DNA of 64,000 nt from an uncultured Nitrospinota bacterium. GTDB lineage: Bacteria; Tectomicrobia; Entotheonellia; J063; CAVPRW01. The stretch is taken from assembly GCA_963707985.1 (NCBI GenBank), contig CAVPRW010000011.1, positions 64,001 to 128,000 of the forward strand, read 5' to 3'. The notes under the pieces are model-generated. The model saw only the letters and a list, made by a program, of their open reading frames with translations. It searched no databases and had not been told where the DNA came from. Positions 12,495 through 21,699 of this stretch are shown here, one piece after another. The translations under genes and the position numbers were made by a program. Positions within the stretch are counted from its first letter, which is position 1. Each line of letters opens with the position of its first letter.

Positions 12495-13610
12495 ATGAGT
12501 GACACCAAACATAGGAGGAAACCGCTGATGAGCTACAGCCGACGAGCATTTCTGGCCAGCGGGCTCGCCCTTGTTCCATTGGCATCGGTGTTGGCCCAAT
12601 CGGGCCATGACCACCACGGCGGCATGTATGAGCGGCTGCAGCAGCCGGGCCGTATCGATAAACCCGAGGTCGCTGCAGCTCAGAACGTGTTTGATAGTCC
12701 GACGCCCAAGGCGGCCAATCCAGGCCGCTGGATGGTGAAAGCGTCACTCCCGTTGCCACGTAGCGAAATGGCCTGGGCCACCGAATGTATTGGTCGCCTG
12801 CACCTTGTCGGTGGTTATGCAGAGCAGCGCGTTGATCGGCCCTATCACCACGTCTATGATCCAGCGAGCGATCGCTGGACGGTAGCCGCACCACTGCCAC
12901 GCGGTGCCAATCATGTCGGCGTCGTTTGTATGGACCGCCGGCTGTACGCCATTGGCGGGTTTATCGAGCAGAATCGCCGGCCCCACAACGAGTGTTTCGT
13001 CTACGACGTCTCCACGGATCGATGGGAGCGGATTGCTTCTCTCCCCGCTCCCTGTGGCTCGGTGGCCTGCGTCACCCTTGGCGGTGTGCTGCACGGCATC
13101 GGCGGCGCTGTCGGTGACACTTCAGAGGCTAAGCGATCTGTCGACTGGCATCTAGTGTATGATCCAAAGGTGGACCGGTGGGAACAACGCGCGCCGCTAC
13201 CGACCGGGCGCGACCATATTGGGGCTCTCAACGTCGGGGACCGAATATACGTCATCGGCGGCCGTGTCAATAGCTTCCATACCAACTCGAATCTGCATCA
13301 TGTCTACGACCCGGGTCAGGACAAATGGGAGCCGCGTAATCCTCTGCCGACGGCGCGCTCCGGCCATGGAGCGGTATATTACCGCGGCAAGATTTTCGTG
13401 ATGGGCGGTGAAGGAACGAACCGCGTGTTCGGCCAGAATGAGGCCTACGACCCGGAGAAAGATGCATGGGAGCAGTATGCACCGATGCTGACGCCACGCC
13501 ATGGCCTTGGAGCCGTGGCTATCGGCGACGCCATTTACGTGGCGGGAGGTGGTCCGATCATGGGCGGTAGCGTCCAGAGCGCCGTGCACGAGGCTTTTAC
13601 GCTCGGCTGA
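12495..13610 (+). CDS. Tat-exported Kelch-repeat beta-propeller protein
   Basis: SRRAFL Tat motif, His-rich linker, repeated GG...YDP..D.W....LP..R units. Confidence 0.85.
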   Translation: MSDTKHRRKPLMSYSRRAFLASGLALVPLASVLAQSGHDHHGGMYERLQQPGRIDKPEVAAAQNVFDSPTPKAANPGRWMVKASLPLPRSEMAWATECIGRLHLVGGYAEQRVDRPYHHVYDPASDRWTVAAPLPRGANHVGVVCMDRRLYAIGGFIEQNRRPHNECFVYDVSTDRWERIASLPAPCGSVACVTLGGVLHGIGGAVGDTSEAKRSVDWHLVYDPKVDRWEQRAPLPTGRDHIGALNVGDRIYVIGGRVNSFHTNSNLHHVYDPGQDKWEPRNPLPTARSGHGAVYYRGKIFVMGGEGTNRVFGQNEAYDPEKDAWEQYAPMLTPRHGLGAVAIGDAIYVAGGGPIMGGSVQSAVHEAFTLG

Positions 13611-13846
13611 TCTGGGTGTCATGCCTGCCTATCGTGTCGTGGTGCAGTACGGATGGCACCGTCCCACGTCAACGTGTCCAGCCGCGGCGTGCAGTGTATC
13701 TGGTCACCTACCTCACAAGCATTATGGTATGCTACATCTTGGCATGCACTACCTTCATACAGGGCCGTCTTCTGCGGGAGACACCCTTGAGTCTGCTATT
13801 CGGTTTTGATTGAGGCCAATCAACAGATCCAGGGACCAGAAAAACA

Positions 13847-15265
13847 TCACCAATCAAGCGGGCTTTTGGCCTCTTTGATGGTGACACTCTTCACCGTATG
13901 GGTATAGATCATCGTGGTTCTGACATCGCTATGTCCCAGTAACTCCTGAATTGTCCGAATATCATAATTTGCCTGGAGCAAGTGGCTCGCAAAACTGTGG
14001 CGAAACGTATGAGCTGACGCGCGCTTATAAATCCCGGCTTTCCCAACCGCCTCCTTAATCGCCTTTTGCAGATGCGTTTCATGCAAATGATACCTCCGGT
14101 ATTCCTCCGTCTTCTGAAGATAGGTGAGCTGTCTTGCCGGGAAAAACCATTGCCAGATAAACTCCTTTGCCACATTTTTGTATTTTTTCTCTAATGCATT
14201 GACCAGAAACACTCCCGCATAATTCCGTTCCAGGTCTCGTTGGTGCAGGTCTTTCAACGATGCAAGCTGCGCTCGGAGTTCAGGGAGAATCGTTGCAGGA
14301 AGCGGCACCGTGCGGTCTTTTCCGCCCTTGCCGTCATGAATGGTTAGGACCCCCGCATCAAAATTAAAGCAATGCACACGGAGCTGCAAACATTCCGAAA
14401 GCCGCAGCCCGCAGCCATACAACAGCTTCACCACCAGATCATACGGAGGCGGCAAATGCTGAAGAATCGCCTGAATCTCTTCACGAGATAACACCACCGG
14501 TACGTAGGGTTTTCGCTTCGCCCTGACCACCCCTTCCACCTTCCCAAACTCCTTGTTCAGCACATGTCTATAAAAAAATAACAGCGCATTGAATGCCTGG
14601 TTCTGGGTTGAGGCCGCCACCTTTCGCTCCACCGCCAAACACGTCAGGAACTCCCTGACATCAGCCGAAGAGAGCGATGCCGGATCCGTGCTTCGAGTAA
14701 ATGTTTGAAAGTGCCGCACCCACTGTGTATAGGCTTTCAAGGTTTTCGGAGAATAGTGCCGGACCTGGATTTCATCGGCCAACCTGGTGTAGACCGCTAC
14801 CCAGGAAACTCCCAGTGAAGTGTTCGCTACGTTGGAGGAAGAGACGGTCTTAGGAGACTGTTGATCAAGAAGCTTCCCCGCAGAACTGGCTTTTGGAGAG
14901 GCGCTTGTTTCACTGGGTAATGAGTCAGGACGATGCGACGATCCATCGAGAGCCTTCTCCGAAGGATCGTCTTTTGTGAGCGCAGGGACATCGCTGTGGG
15001 AATCCCTGAAGCGCATCAGCTCGTAATACAGCGAGACCGCGTGTGACGCCTGCTCTTGTTGCGCCTTAGTTTGCTTCTTCTCCTGTAATTTGTGGAGAAA
15101 ACGAGGAAGACTCTCTTTTTGTGCGTGGGGAAAATGATACTTCTGACAAAAATCCAGATAATAGCGCAGCCATTTTGTATAAGCCGCATATGCGGGTTTG
15201 GGAATCGCGGCGTGCCCTAGACACGTCTCAAATTCTGTCCGTAATGCCGAAGGAAGATTGAGCAT
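13847..15265 (-). CDS. intI: Integron integrase, long form (472 aa)
   Basis: GLR, GKGGKDR, integron-specific insertion WQWFFP...RRYHLHE, HTFRHSFASHLL, QELLGHSDVRTTMIYTH; attC sites downstream on the opposite strand. Confidence 0.95.
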   Translation of the reverse strand: MLNLPSALRTEFETCLGHAAIPKPAYAAYTKWLRYYLDFCQKYHFPHAQKESLPRFLHKLQEKKQTKAQQEQASHAVSLYYELMRFRDSHSDVPALTKDDPSEKALDGSSHRPDSLPSETSASPKASSAGKLLDQQSPKTVSSSNVANTSLGVSWVAVYTRLADEIQVRHYSPKTLKAYTQWVRHFQTFTRSTDPASLSSADVREFLTCLAVERKVAASTQNQAFNALLFFYRHVLNKEFGKVEGVVRAKRKPYVPVVLSREEIQAILQHLPPPYDLVVKLLYGCGLRLSECLQLRVHCFNFDAGVLTIHDGKGGKDRTVPLPATILPELRAQLASLKDLHQRDLERNYAGVFLVNALEKKYKNVAKEFIWQWFFPARQLTYLQKTEEYRRYHLHETHLQKAIKEAVGKAGIYKRASAHTFRHSFASHLLQANYDIRTIQELLGHSDVRTTMIYTHTVKSVTIKEAKSPLDW

Positions 15266-15321
15266 AGGGAGTTCTCCAGATGTATACTATCCTTCCGTAT
15301 GACATGTTATACAGAAAGTAG

Positions 15322-15350
15322 AAAATAAGATGGCAGAAAAAATTTGTCAA
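15322..15350 (-). promoter_or_regulatory. Putative sigma70 promoter of intI
   Basis: TTGACA (15350-15345), 17 bp spacer, TATTTT (15327-15322) on the minus strand. Confidence 0.6.
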
Positions 15351-15599
15351 GAAATTCTGCACAGGAGTATGATCAAATCCCCAATGTAGCAGTTTCCGGG
15401 AAACCAGGGTTCGTGGCGCTCAATATTGATCGCGCCCAGTTAAGCCGTCGCAGGCGGCTTAACTATTTGTCGGCTTTCTCCCCTGAAAGTCTCGGAGAAC
15501 CGCAAAAAATGAGGAACGATGTGGGAGGTCACGGCACCAATGAGCGACCACAAACCAGAGAGCCTATTGCCACATAGAGACACTGAGAACCTTTCAACG

Positions 15600-15639
15600 T
15601 CGTGGAGTTATCCAGAAACTGTAGAATAACTTGTTCCCC
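15600..15639 (+). other. attI: Putative attI site, crossover G/TT at 15633
   Basis: ggagttatccagaaactgtagaataacttGTT, with a gttat/ataac dyad, lies between intI and the first cassette. Confidence 0.6.
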
Positions 15640-15823
15640 CCTCCGCTTCGCTCCGGGGGGAATGCGCGAGTTGAGCAGCGAACTCCTGGTTTCCCCTCCG
15701 CTCCGCTCCGGGGAGAACCAGGAGTTCGAACAGATGCCCCTGCGGGGCACTGCTCAACTCGCGCATTCGGCTATGTGCGCTACGCACAACTACAGGCGCG
15801 TGACCACCTACACCACGTTAGGG
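15634..15823 (+). repeat. ORF-less, multi-hairpin first cassette / attC-like cruciform ending in GTTAGGG
   Basis: Perfect 19-bp arms at 15660-15678 and 15750-15768, nested 13-bp arms at 15679-15691 and 15716-15728, plus three small hairpins. Confidence 0.65.
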
Positions 15824-15832
15824 GGGACCATC

Positions 15833-16672
15833 ATGAGGGAATTCACAGACAAAGTGGCCGTGATCACAGGCGCCGCCAGCGGCATTGGCCGCGCCCTCGC
15901 CGAGCGGTGTGCGCACGAAGGGATGCGGGTCGTGTTGGCGGATGTGGATGTGGACGCCTTAACCGCCACCGAAGCGGCCCTGAAAGCCACAGGCGCCCCC
16001 GTATTGGCGGTGGTGACCGACGTGTCCAAGGCCCAGGACGTCGAATCCTTAGCCCAGCGGACCCTGACGGCCTTTGGGGCCGTCCATCTCCTATGTAACA
16101 ATGCGGGGGTGTGGGGTGGGATCTCGGCCTGGGACAGCCCTCTGGCGGATTGGGAGTGGATCCTGGGGGTGAACCTGTGGGGCGTCATTCATGGGCTGCA
16201 CACCTTTGTCCCCCTCATGCTCGCCCAAGAGACCGAGGGCCACATTGTCAACACCGCCTCACTCGCGGGGTTCATCACGGGGCGGGGGCCTGCGGTCTAC
16301 CGCGTCAGCAAGCACGCAGTCGTAGCCCTGTCGGAAATCCTCTACCATCAACTGGCCCAGCGCGGGGCCCAGGTGAAGGTCTCGGTCCTCTGCCCCGGGC
16401 CGGTCCGTACCCAGATCATCGAGGCCGGGCGCCATCGTCCGCGGCATTTGCCAGCGCCAGGGCCACTGCCTCCAGCATCCGGGGTCGTGCGCGAGGCGAA
16501 ACGCCAGGAGGTGGAGGCCGGCATGTCGCCCGCCCAGGTCGCCGCGCAGGTGTTCAACGCGATCAGAGCGGACAAATTTTATGTCCTCACCCACCCAGAG
16601 GGGAAGGACTGGGTCCACACCCGGATGGAAGACATCCTCCAAGAACGGAATCCGACCCTTGCTGGGCCATAA
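15833..16672 (+). CDS. Short-chain dehydrogenase/reductase (cassette)
   Basis: TGAASGIG, NNAG, NTAS and YRVSK motifs. Confidence 0.92.
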   Translation: MREFTDKVAVITGAASGIGRALAERCAHEGMRVVLADVDVDALTATEAALKATGAPVLAVVTDVSKAQDVESLAQRTLTAFGAVHLLCNNAGVWGGISAWDSPLADWEWILGVNLWGVIHGLHTFVPLMLAQETEGHIVNTASLAGFITGRGPAVYRVSKHAVVALSEILYHQLAQRGAQVKVSVLCPGPVRTQIIEAGRHRPRHLPAPGPLPPASGVVREAKRQEVEAGMSPAQVAAQVFNAIRADKFYVLTHPEGKDWVHTRMEDILQERNPTLAGP

Positions 16673-16776
16673 ACACGTCGGATGTCGCGGCAACAGGGCA
16701 TCTGCGCTCAGGCCCTCGTGAGAGCGCTCCTGAAAATCGTCTATGCGCCGCGCTTGGGACCAACTCAGTGCCGAAC

Positions 16777-18422
16777 CCTTATGAGGCCCCCATTTGTCAA
16801 GAGACAGACCACCTCTCAGAGCGGAGTTTTCGGTTTTTTTCCGCCTGTCTTCCCCTGGCAAGGTCAGCGTCCGGGCTCGTGAGCTCACTTGAGTTCCGTC
16901 TACAGGTGCAGATGCAGTATGCGGCACCAAACCCTGATTGAGGGTCTACCGCCATCGCGATGGCGATTGCAGAGAGACGTGGTCCCGTCCTCTGCGACCT
17001 CGCAACATCTCGGTGCCCTCGTACCGTCCTACTCAAAAGAGCGGCGGCACGTTTACCGTGCGCCCGGTCGCTTCAGGCTCGGGAGAGGGGCAGCACACGT
17101 CACCCGTGTGCGACCATCGCCGCATGTCTAGGAGCCGGAGCGGGTGTCCAATCAATCGCAGAGGGCTCAAGGGGTATGGCCTATGTGCTCCGGCGCGGTC
17201 ACTGACGCCGCGAGACCATCATGGCAGCGCACTTGCCTCAGGCTCCCCCCGTGCACGTCCAGTGAGGCGTCAGGCTCCCCCGCTCCGCTCACGACGCAGG
17301 GAGAACCGTGTCCATAGCGACGGCCTTTTGGCGTTTTCACATGTCAGAGACGGCACGCCCCCGCTGCGGGGCTAGGAGCGTCAACGCGTTGCCCTGGCCG
17401 TGTTTTTTCGCCAATCGGGTCAGGGACTTTTGGCCTGCAGAATTGTCCCGGCGACAGCGCCCAGCCGCTTCCGAGCAGGCCCCCTGGAGATCGGCCTGGC
17501 CGCTCTTGGTCCCTGCGGGCCCGTCGCGTTTGCCAGCCGATGCTGTGGCCCACTTGACGAGGCGGCCATAGGAGACGAAATCCTGAACGCTGGGGAAACG
17601 CTGGCGGTCGTGGATCGCAGAGCGCAGGACGAGGCTCAGGATTTTCCCGATTCCGGGCACCGTCTGGAGCAGCGACACCGTGTTGGCGTTGTGCGGCTTC
17701 GCCGCTTTGACGATGTGCCACTCGAGAGCGCTGAGCAGCGGGTCATCGCACTCAAGCAGCGCCAGGTCCACGGCCAGACTCTTGTGCACGGCGGCCGCAG
17801 CGAACCGCTCGGCGACACCGTCGCGGTTCGCTTTGTAGGCCAGCTTTTTCCCAATCGCGGGCAGGTGGTACTGGCTGTTGGTGTGCTGGCGGTGCGCCAG
17901 CAGCTCCGCCCGTTGCCGGGTGAGATACATCCGGCGCCGGAGCCGGTCACGGGTCGCCCGCATGTCGGCGGGATAGACGTAGGCCTGGGGGAGCCGGCCC
18001 CCACGGAGCCACACGGCAATCTTGTGGGCGTCGATCGTGTCGTGCTTGGCCTTGCCGCCATGCATCGCTTTCATATAGCGCGCGTGCCCGAGGACCACAG
18101 GGATCCCGTCTGGAGCACAGAGGTCCGCGAGCCCGTACCAGGTGACGAGGCATTCGACGGCCACGACCAGCTCTTCCCGAGAGGGCATGATGGCCTTGAG
18201 ACACGGCTCCGGACGAGCGTTCATGTTCCGGTGCAGCATGATCGCGCCATCCTGGTCCAGGATCCAGACGTCCAGGCTGCGGGCGTGGAGGTCGAGGCCC
18301 CAATACGCCCGATGCTGTTTGGTGTAAAATCGCCTGAGGTCTCCTCCGCGTTCGTGAGTGAGCCTTTTCCCAGCGCCAGCATACCACCGAGGTCTGCTGA
18401 GGGGGAGGCCTCAAGAAGTATC
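16777..18422 (-). mobile_element. IS110-family element (IS1111-like layout), degenerate
   Basis: Subterminal inverted repeats cttatgaggcc / ggcctcaagaag, a DEDD-like transposase, and a ~510-bp noncoding region downstream of it. Confidence 0.85.
17292..18335 (-). pseudogene. IS110 transposase with lost start (AGG) and a premature TGA
   Basis: G(L)DLH, AVEC, K(H)D(T)IDA, TVPGIG and SAGKR motifs; RBS ggaggag precedes AGG-CGA-TTT-TAC. Confidence 0.85.
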
Positions 18423-18564
18423 AAGCGCGTGCAGGCGACGGCATACAGCCAACGCTTCGCTTCGGCTTCCCACCGCGCCTGACGCCCGGCGTTCGGCTTC
18501 TCACAGTGCAAGGCACCCCTGAATATTGAGTGGGTGAGATGCGCTTCAGGTATAATGTCATTCC

Positions 18565-18888
18565 ATGGCAATCATCGATGACATTCGCGAGAAAATTGTA
18601 CGCGGTCAGTTCGAGTTCTCCCAGCACGCCGTTGACCAAAGTATCGTGCGCCATATCAGTGTCCAAGAACTGCGTGTGGCCATTGCCGTTGGCGAAATCA
18701 TCGAGGATTATCCCACGGACAAGTATGGGCCAAGCTGCTTACTGTTCGGGGTGACCTTGGCTCGCCGCCCTTTGCATATCCAATGCAGCTATCCCTCACG
18801 TCCTCTGGTGAAGATCATCACCTTGTACGAGCCTGACCCGCAACGCTGGGTCGATTTCAAGGTGAGGAGAACCTCCAATGAGCAATGA
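18565..18888 (+). CDS. DUF4258 putative toxin (cassette)
   Basis: FSQHA, IIEDYP..KYGPSCL and ITLYEPD motifs. Confidence 0.85.
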   Translation: MAIIDDIREKIVRGQFEFSQHAVDQSIVRHISVQELRVAIAVGEIIEDYPTDKYGPSCLLFGVTLARRPLHIQCSYPSRPLVKIITLYEPDPQRWVDFKVRRTSNEQ

Positions 18889-19105
18889 AGTGTGGCAAGA
18901 AACCTTTGAGGAACAAACAGTCACCTATGTCCTTGAGCAGCAAGGGAAGGTGCTCATCATTGAGCATGTTCCTGCGCGCGTGTGCAGAGAAACGGGCGAA
19001 CGTCTGTTTGCCCCAGAAACGGTGGAACGCTTGCAACAAATTGTCTGGGAGCAAAGAACGCCAACCCGCATAGTGGAGACGCCCGTTTTTGAGTTTGTGG
19101 CATAG
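18878..19105 (+). CDS. YgiT/MqsA-type zinc-finger-like antitoxin
   Basis: IIEHVPARVCRETGER motif; overlaps the toxin gene. Confidence 0.82.
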   Translation: MSNEVWQETFEEQTVTYVLEQQGKVLIIEHVPARVCRETGERLFAPETVERLQQIVWEQRTPTRIVETPVFEFVA

Positions 19106-19157
19106 CGTATGCCCAAGGCCATGGAGGGGCAGCGCGGCATTTCTCGGCAGCTCCTGG

Positions 19158-19245
19158 GCCGAACAAGGCGCTGCAGGCGACGGCTTACAGCGCTCGCTCG
19201 TCCCTCGCTCCCGCTTCCAGCCGCGCCTGAGCTTGTGCGTTAGAC
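19158..19245 (+). other. attC: attC site
   Basis: GCCGAAC aaggc gctgcaggcgacggc ... gccgcgcctgagc ttgtgc GTTAGAC; R'' is complementary to the cassette-initial GTTCGGC. Confidence 0.9.
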
Positions 19246-19344
19246 GCCTACGGCGCGAAGAAAAAAGCGCAAGACAATCGCACCACCAAAGCGTAGACTC
19301 TTCCTCATCATTCAAAGAGCCCTCGCAGCCAGAGGAGGGAACGC

Positions 19345-19647
19345 ATGAGTCAGACACTGATTCTCGAACTGAGTGAAGAAGTCTACACCATCATCCAACG
19401 TCAGGCAGCAGTCGCTGGCACGTCACCAGCGCACTGGCTGGCTATGACCCTAGAACAGCAGTATAGCCGTGTACATGCGGGGCAAAGCGCATTGACGCAC
19501 CACACCGCAGCCGACCAGCAGGCGGCACGGGCACGCTTTGAGCGGCACTTCGGGGAGGTAGACCTCCCTGACGCAGCGGGTGTAGACAACGAGCAGATCG
19601 ACGCAGAGCTGGCGCGAGAGTATGCCGATACGCATGAGGCACCCTGA
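19345..19647 (+). CDS. Putative antitoxin (cassette)
   Basis: RHH-like N-terminus; TGATG overlap with the PIN gene. Confidence 0.75.
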   Translation: MSQTLILELSEEVYTIIQRQAAVAGTSPAHWLAMTLEQQYSRVHAGQSALTHHTAADQQAARARFERHFGEVDLPDAAGVDNEQIDAELAREYADTHEAP

Positions 19648-20051
19648 TGCTCTTGGACACCTCCGGGCTCCTGTGCCTCCACAATCGCGCAGAGCCACTC
19701 CATGGGCGCGCGCGTACGCTCTACCACGCTGCGCAGGTACGATTGACCCACAGTTACGTGTTGGCGGAATTCGTAGCCTTGGCCCATGCACGGCGTCTTC
19801 CCCGTGTGGCCGCTCTCAGCTTTATAGTAGACCTTGTGGGGAATCCCGATATCGAGACCATATGGGTGGACGAGTCACTGCATCGTGAAGCGATGGCCCT
19901 GCTGTTGGCCCGACAAGACAAAACCTATTCGCTATGCGATGCGGTAAGTTTTGTCTTGATGCGTCAGCGGTACCTCACGGAGGCGTTGACGACGGATCGC
20001 CACTTCCAGCAGGAGGGGTTCCAGCGGCTCCTGATACCCGCCCCCTCCTGA
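19647..20051 (+). CDS. VapC/PIN toxin
   Basis: LLDTS, YSLCDAVSF and TTDRHF motifs. Confidence 0.9.
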   Translation: MLLDTSGLLCLHNRAEPLHGRARTLYHAAQVRLTHSYVLAEFVALAHARRLPRVAALSFIVDLVGNPDIETIWVDESLHREAMALLLARQDKTYSLCDAVSFVLMRQRYLTEALTTDRHFQQEGFQRLLIPAPS

Positions 20052-20148
20052 GTCACCTATGGGCGTTGTAGGGAGGCTCCTCACGAGCCGCTGCAGAGTT
20101 ACGCGAGAGTCGGACTCGCATAAGTCGGTTGTCCCTGCTCAAAGCTGC

Positions 20149-20230
20149 GTCTAACAACCGCCTGCAGCCGACTGCCTCCAGCATCCGCTCCGCTCCCGCT
20201 TTCGGCAGCGGCTGAGGCGCAGCGTTGAAC
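20149..20230 (+). other. attC: attC site
   Basis: GTCTAAC aaccg cctgcagccgactgcc ... ggcagcggctgagg cgcagc GTTGAAC; R'' matches the upstream GTTAGAC. Confidence 0.9.
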
Positions 20231-20255
20231 TAAACCGCTGCGCGGTAGGCTTCTA

Positions 20256-21699
20256 TAGGTTTTTTCATATGACTTGATACGAAAAATTTCTCGACCTACT
20301 CGACTTACCCATGTACACTCTGGCATTGATATCGACACCCACAACCATGCTCGACACCGACAGTAAGATCATAGCTATGTCGTTTCAGGGGAAAGATTTT
20401 ACTCCAGCAATGAAACAATTGGTCATGAACCTCAAACTCCATTTTGATGAGGAGAGGAAGAACCATAAGGAAGTATCGACCAGGAATCCCACATTGCGCA
20501 CAGCCCAGGGCCTGGATATTGGAGAAATCACGGTCAAGAGAATTATGGCCGAGTATCGTCACCATGGGCACACCCTCGAGGTCCAAGCGGCGAAACCGCG
20601 TGGGAAACCTGATTATCGTGCGGCCGTGAATCTCCAACCCGTCATTCGTGAGTATGTACGGACCAAGAATTTAGCTGGCCAACGTGTCGGTGTGGGGAAA
20701 CTTCGGCAGTATCTCATCGAGACCCATGATGCCGATATCCCTCCCGTGACGCTGTGGCGGACGCTGCAGCGATGGGGCTTTACGTATGGCACCGGGAAGC
20801 GACGTTCGGCTCTGAAAGAACGAGATTATGTTGTCCTCGCAAGACGACGCTACCTGCGTCAGAAAAGAGCCAACCGCAACCCCGATGGCAGCCTGAAACG
20901 GCCAGAGGTTTACCTCGATGAGACCTTCGTGAACAAGAACCATTCAGGGCAGTTTACTTGGTATCTTGAAGAAGATGGGCCGTGGGTCAACAAACCATCT
21001 GGCAAGGGGCCACGGCTGATTATTGTCCATGCCATGACGGTCGCAGGATGGGTCCCAGGGGCCGAGTTGGTCTTTGAGGCCGCGAAACGGACAGGGGATT
21101 ATCACGGGCAAATGAACTGGGAGAATTTCTCAACGTGGTTTTCCGAGCAATTGCTCCCTCATATCCCGTCACGCTCCCTCATCATCTTGGACAATGCCCC
21201 TTACCACAATGTCTTGGTGGAAGACGCGGTCCCCACTCCCCAGAGTCGTAAAGAACAGCTCTGTGCCTGGTTGACCCGGAATGATATTCCCTGGACGCCT
21301 GACATGTTGAAACCGGAACTGTACGAACTCTGTAAAAAATTTGCTCCCGCTCCGGCATTTCGACTTGACCAATTAGCCGAAGCCGCTGGGCACAGCATTC
21401 TGCGGACACCGCAGTATCATCCGGAACTCCAGCCTATCGAGACATGCTGGGGCATCGTCAAGAACCACATGGCTGACCATTGTGATTTTACCACCCGCAA
21501 CTTTCACCAACAGTTGCCGATTGCGCTCTCGCAGGTCAAGCCAAGCACATGTAGAAAACTGATTGCGAAGGTCGTAGAACAAGAAGAAAAATACTGGGCT
21601 GAAGATGCGCAACTCTACGAACACGATTTCGATGAAATTTCTGATGAGGAGGAGTGGGCGCTAGACTAAAAATCGTATCAAGTCATGCGAAAAAGTCTA
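20256..21699 (+). mobile_element. IS630-family element, apparently intact
   Basis: Terminal inverted repeats taggttttttcatatgacttgatacga / tcgtatcaagtcatgcgaaaaagtcta (4 mismatches), flanked by TA on both sides. Confidence 0.9.
20311..21669 (+). CDS. IS630/Tc1 DDE transposase (start may lie slightly downstream)
   Basis: YLDET, ILDNAPYH and PQYHPELQPIETCW motifs. Confidence 0.92.
   Translation: MYTLALISTPTTMLDTDSKIIAMSFQGKDFTPAMKQLVMNLKLHFDEERKNHKEVSTRNPTLRTAQGLDIGEITVKRIMAEYRHHGHTLEVQAAKPRGKPDYRAAVNLQPVIREYVRTKNLAGQRVGVGKLRQYLIETHDADIPPVTLWRTLQRWGFTYGTGKRRSALKERDYVVLARRRYLRQKRANRNPDGSLKRPEVYLDETFVNKNHSGQFTWYLEEDGPWVNKPSGKGPRLIIVHAMTVAGWVPGAELVFEAAKRTGDYHGQMNWENFSTWFSEQLLPHIPSRSLIILDNAPYHNVLVEDAVPTPQSRKEQLCAWLTRNDIPWTPDMLKPELYELCKKFAPAPAFRLDQLAEAAGHSILRTPQYHPELQPIETCWGIVKNHMADHCDFTTRNFHQQLPIALSQVKPSTCRKLIAKVVEQEEKYWAEDAQLYEHDFDEISDEEEWALD

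Larger units (their letters stand above)
16770..18497 (+). other. attC: attC of the SDR cassette, split by IS110 (R'' at 16770-16776, remainder at 18423-18497)
   Basis: Rejoining gives gccgaac|aagcgcgtgcaggcgacggcatacagc...ccgcgcctgacgcccggcGTTCGGC, closely similar to the attC at 19158. Confidence 0.8.

Noticed and set aside
17400..18482. 360-aa plus-strand ORF
   Set aside because: Antisense shadow of the GC-rich IS110 transposase.
15634..20230. CRISPR array
   Set aside because: The repeats are imperfect palindromes separated by genes (attC). There are no regular spacers and no cas genes.
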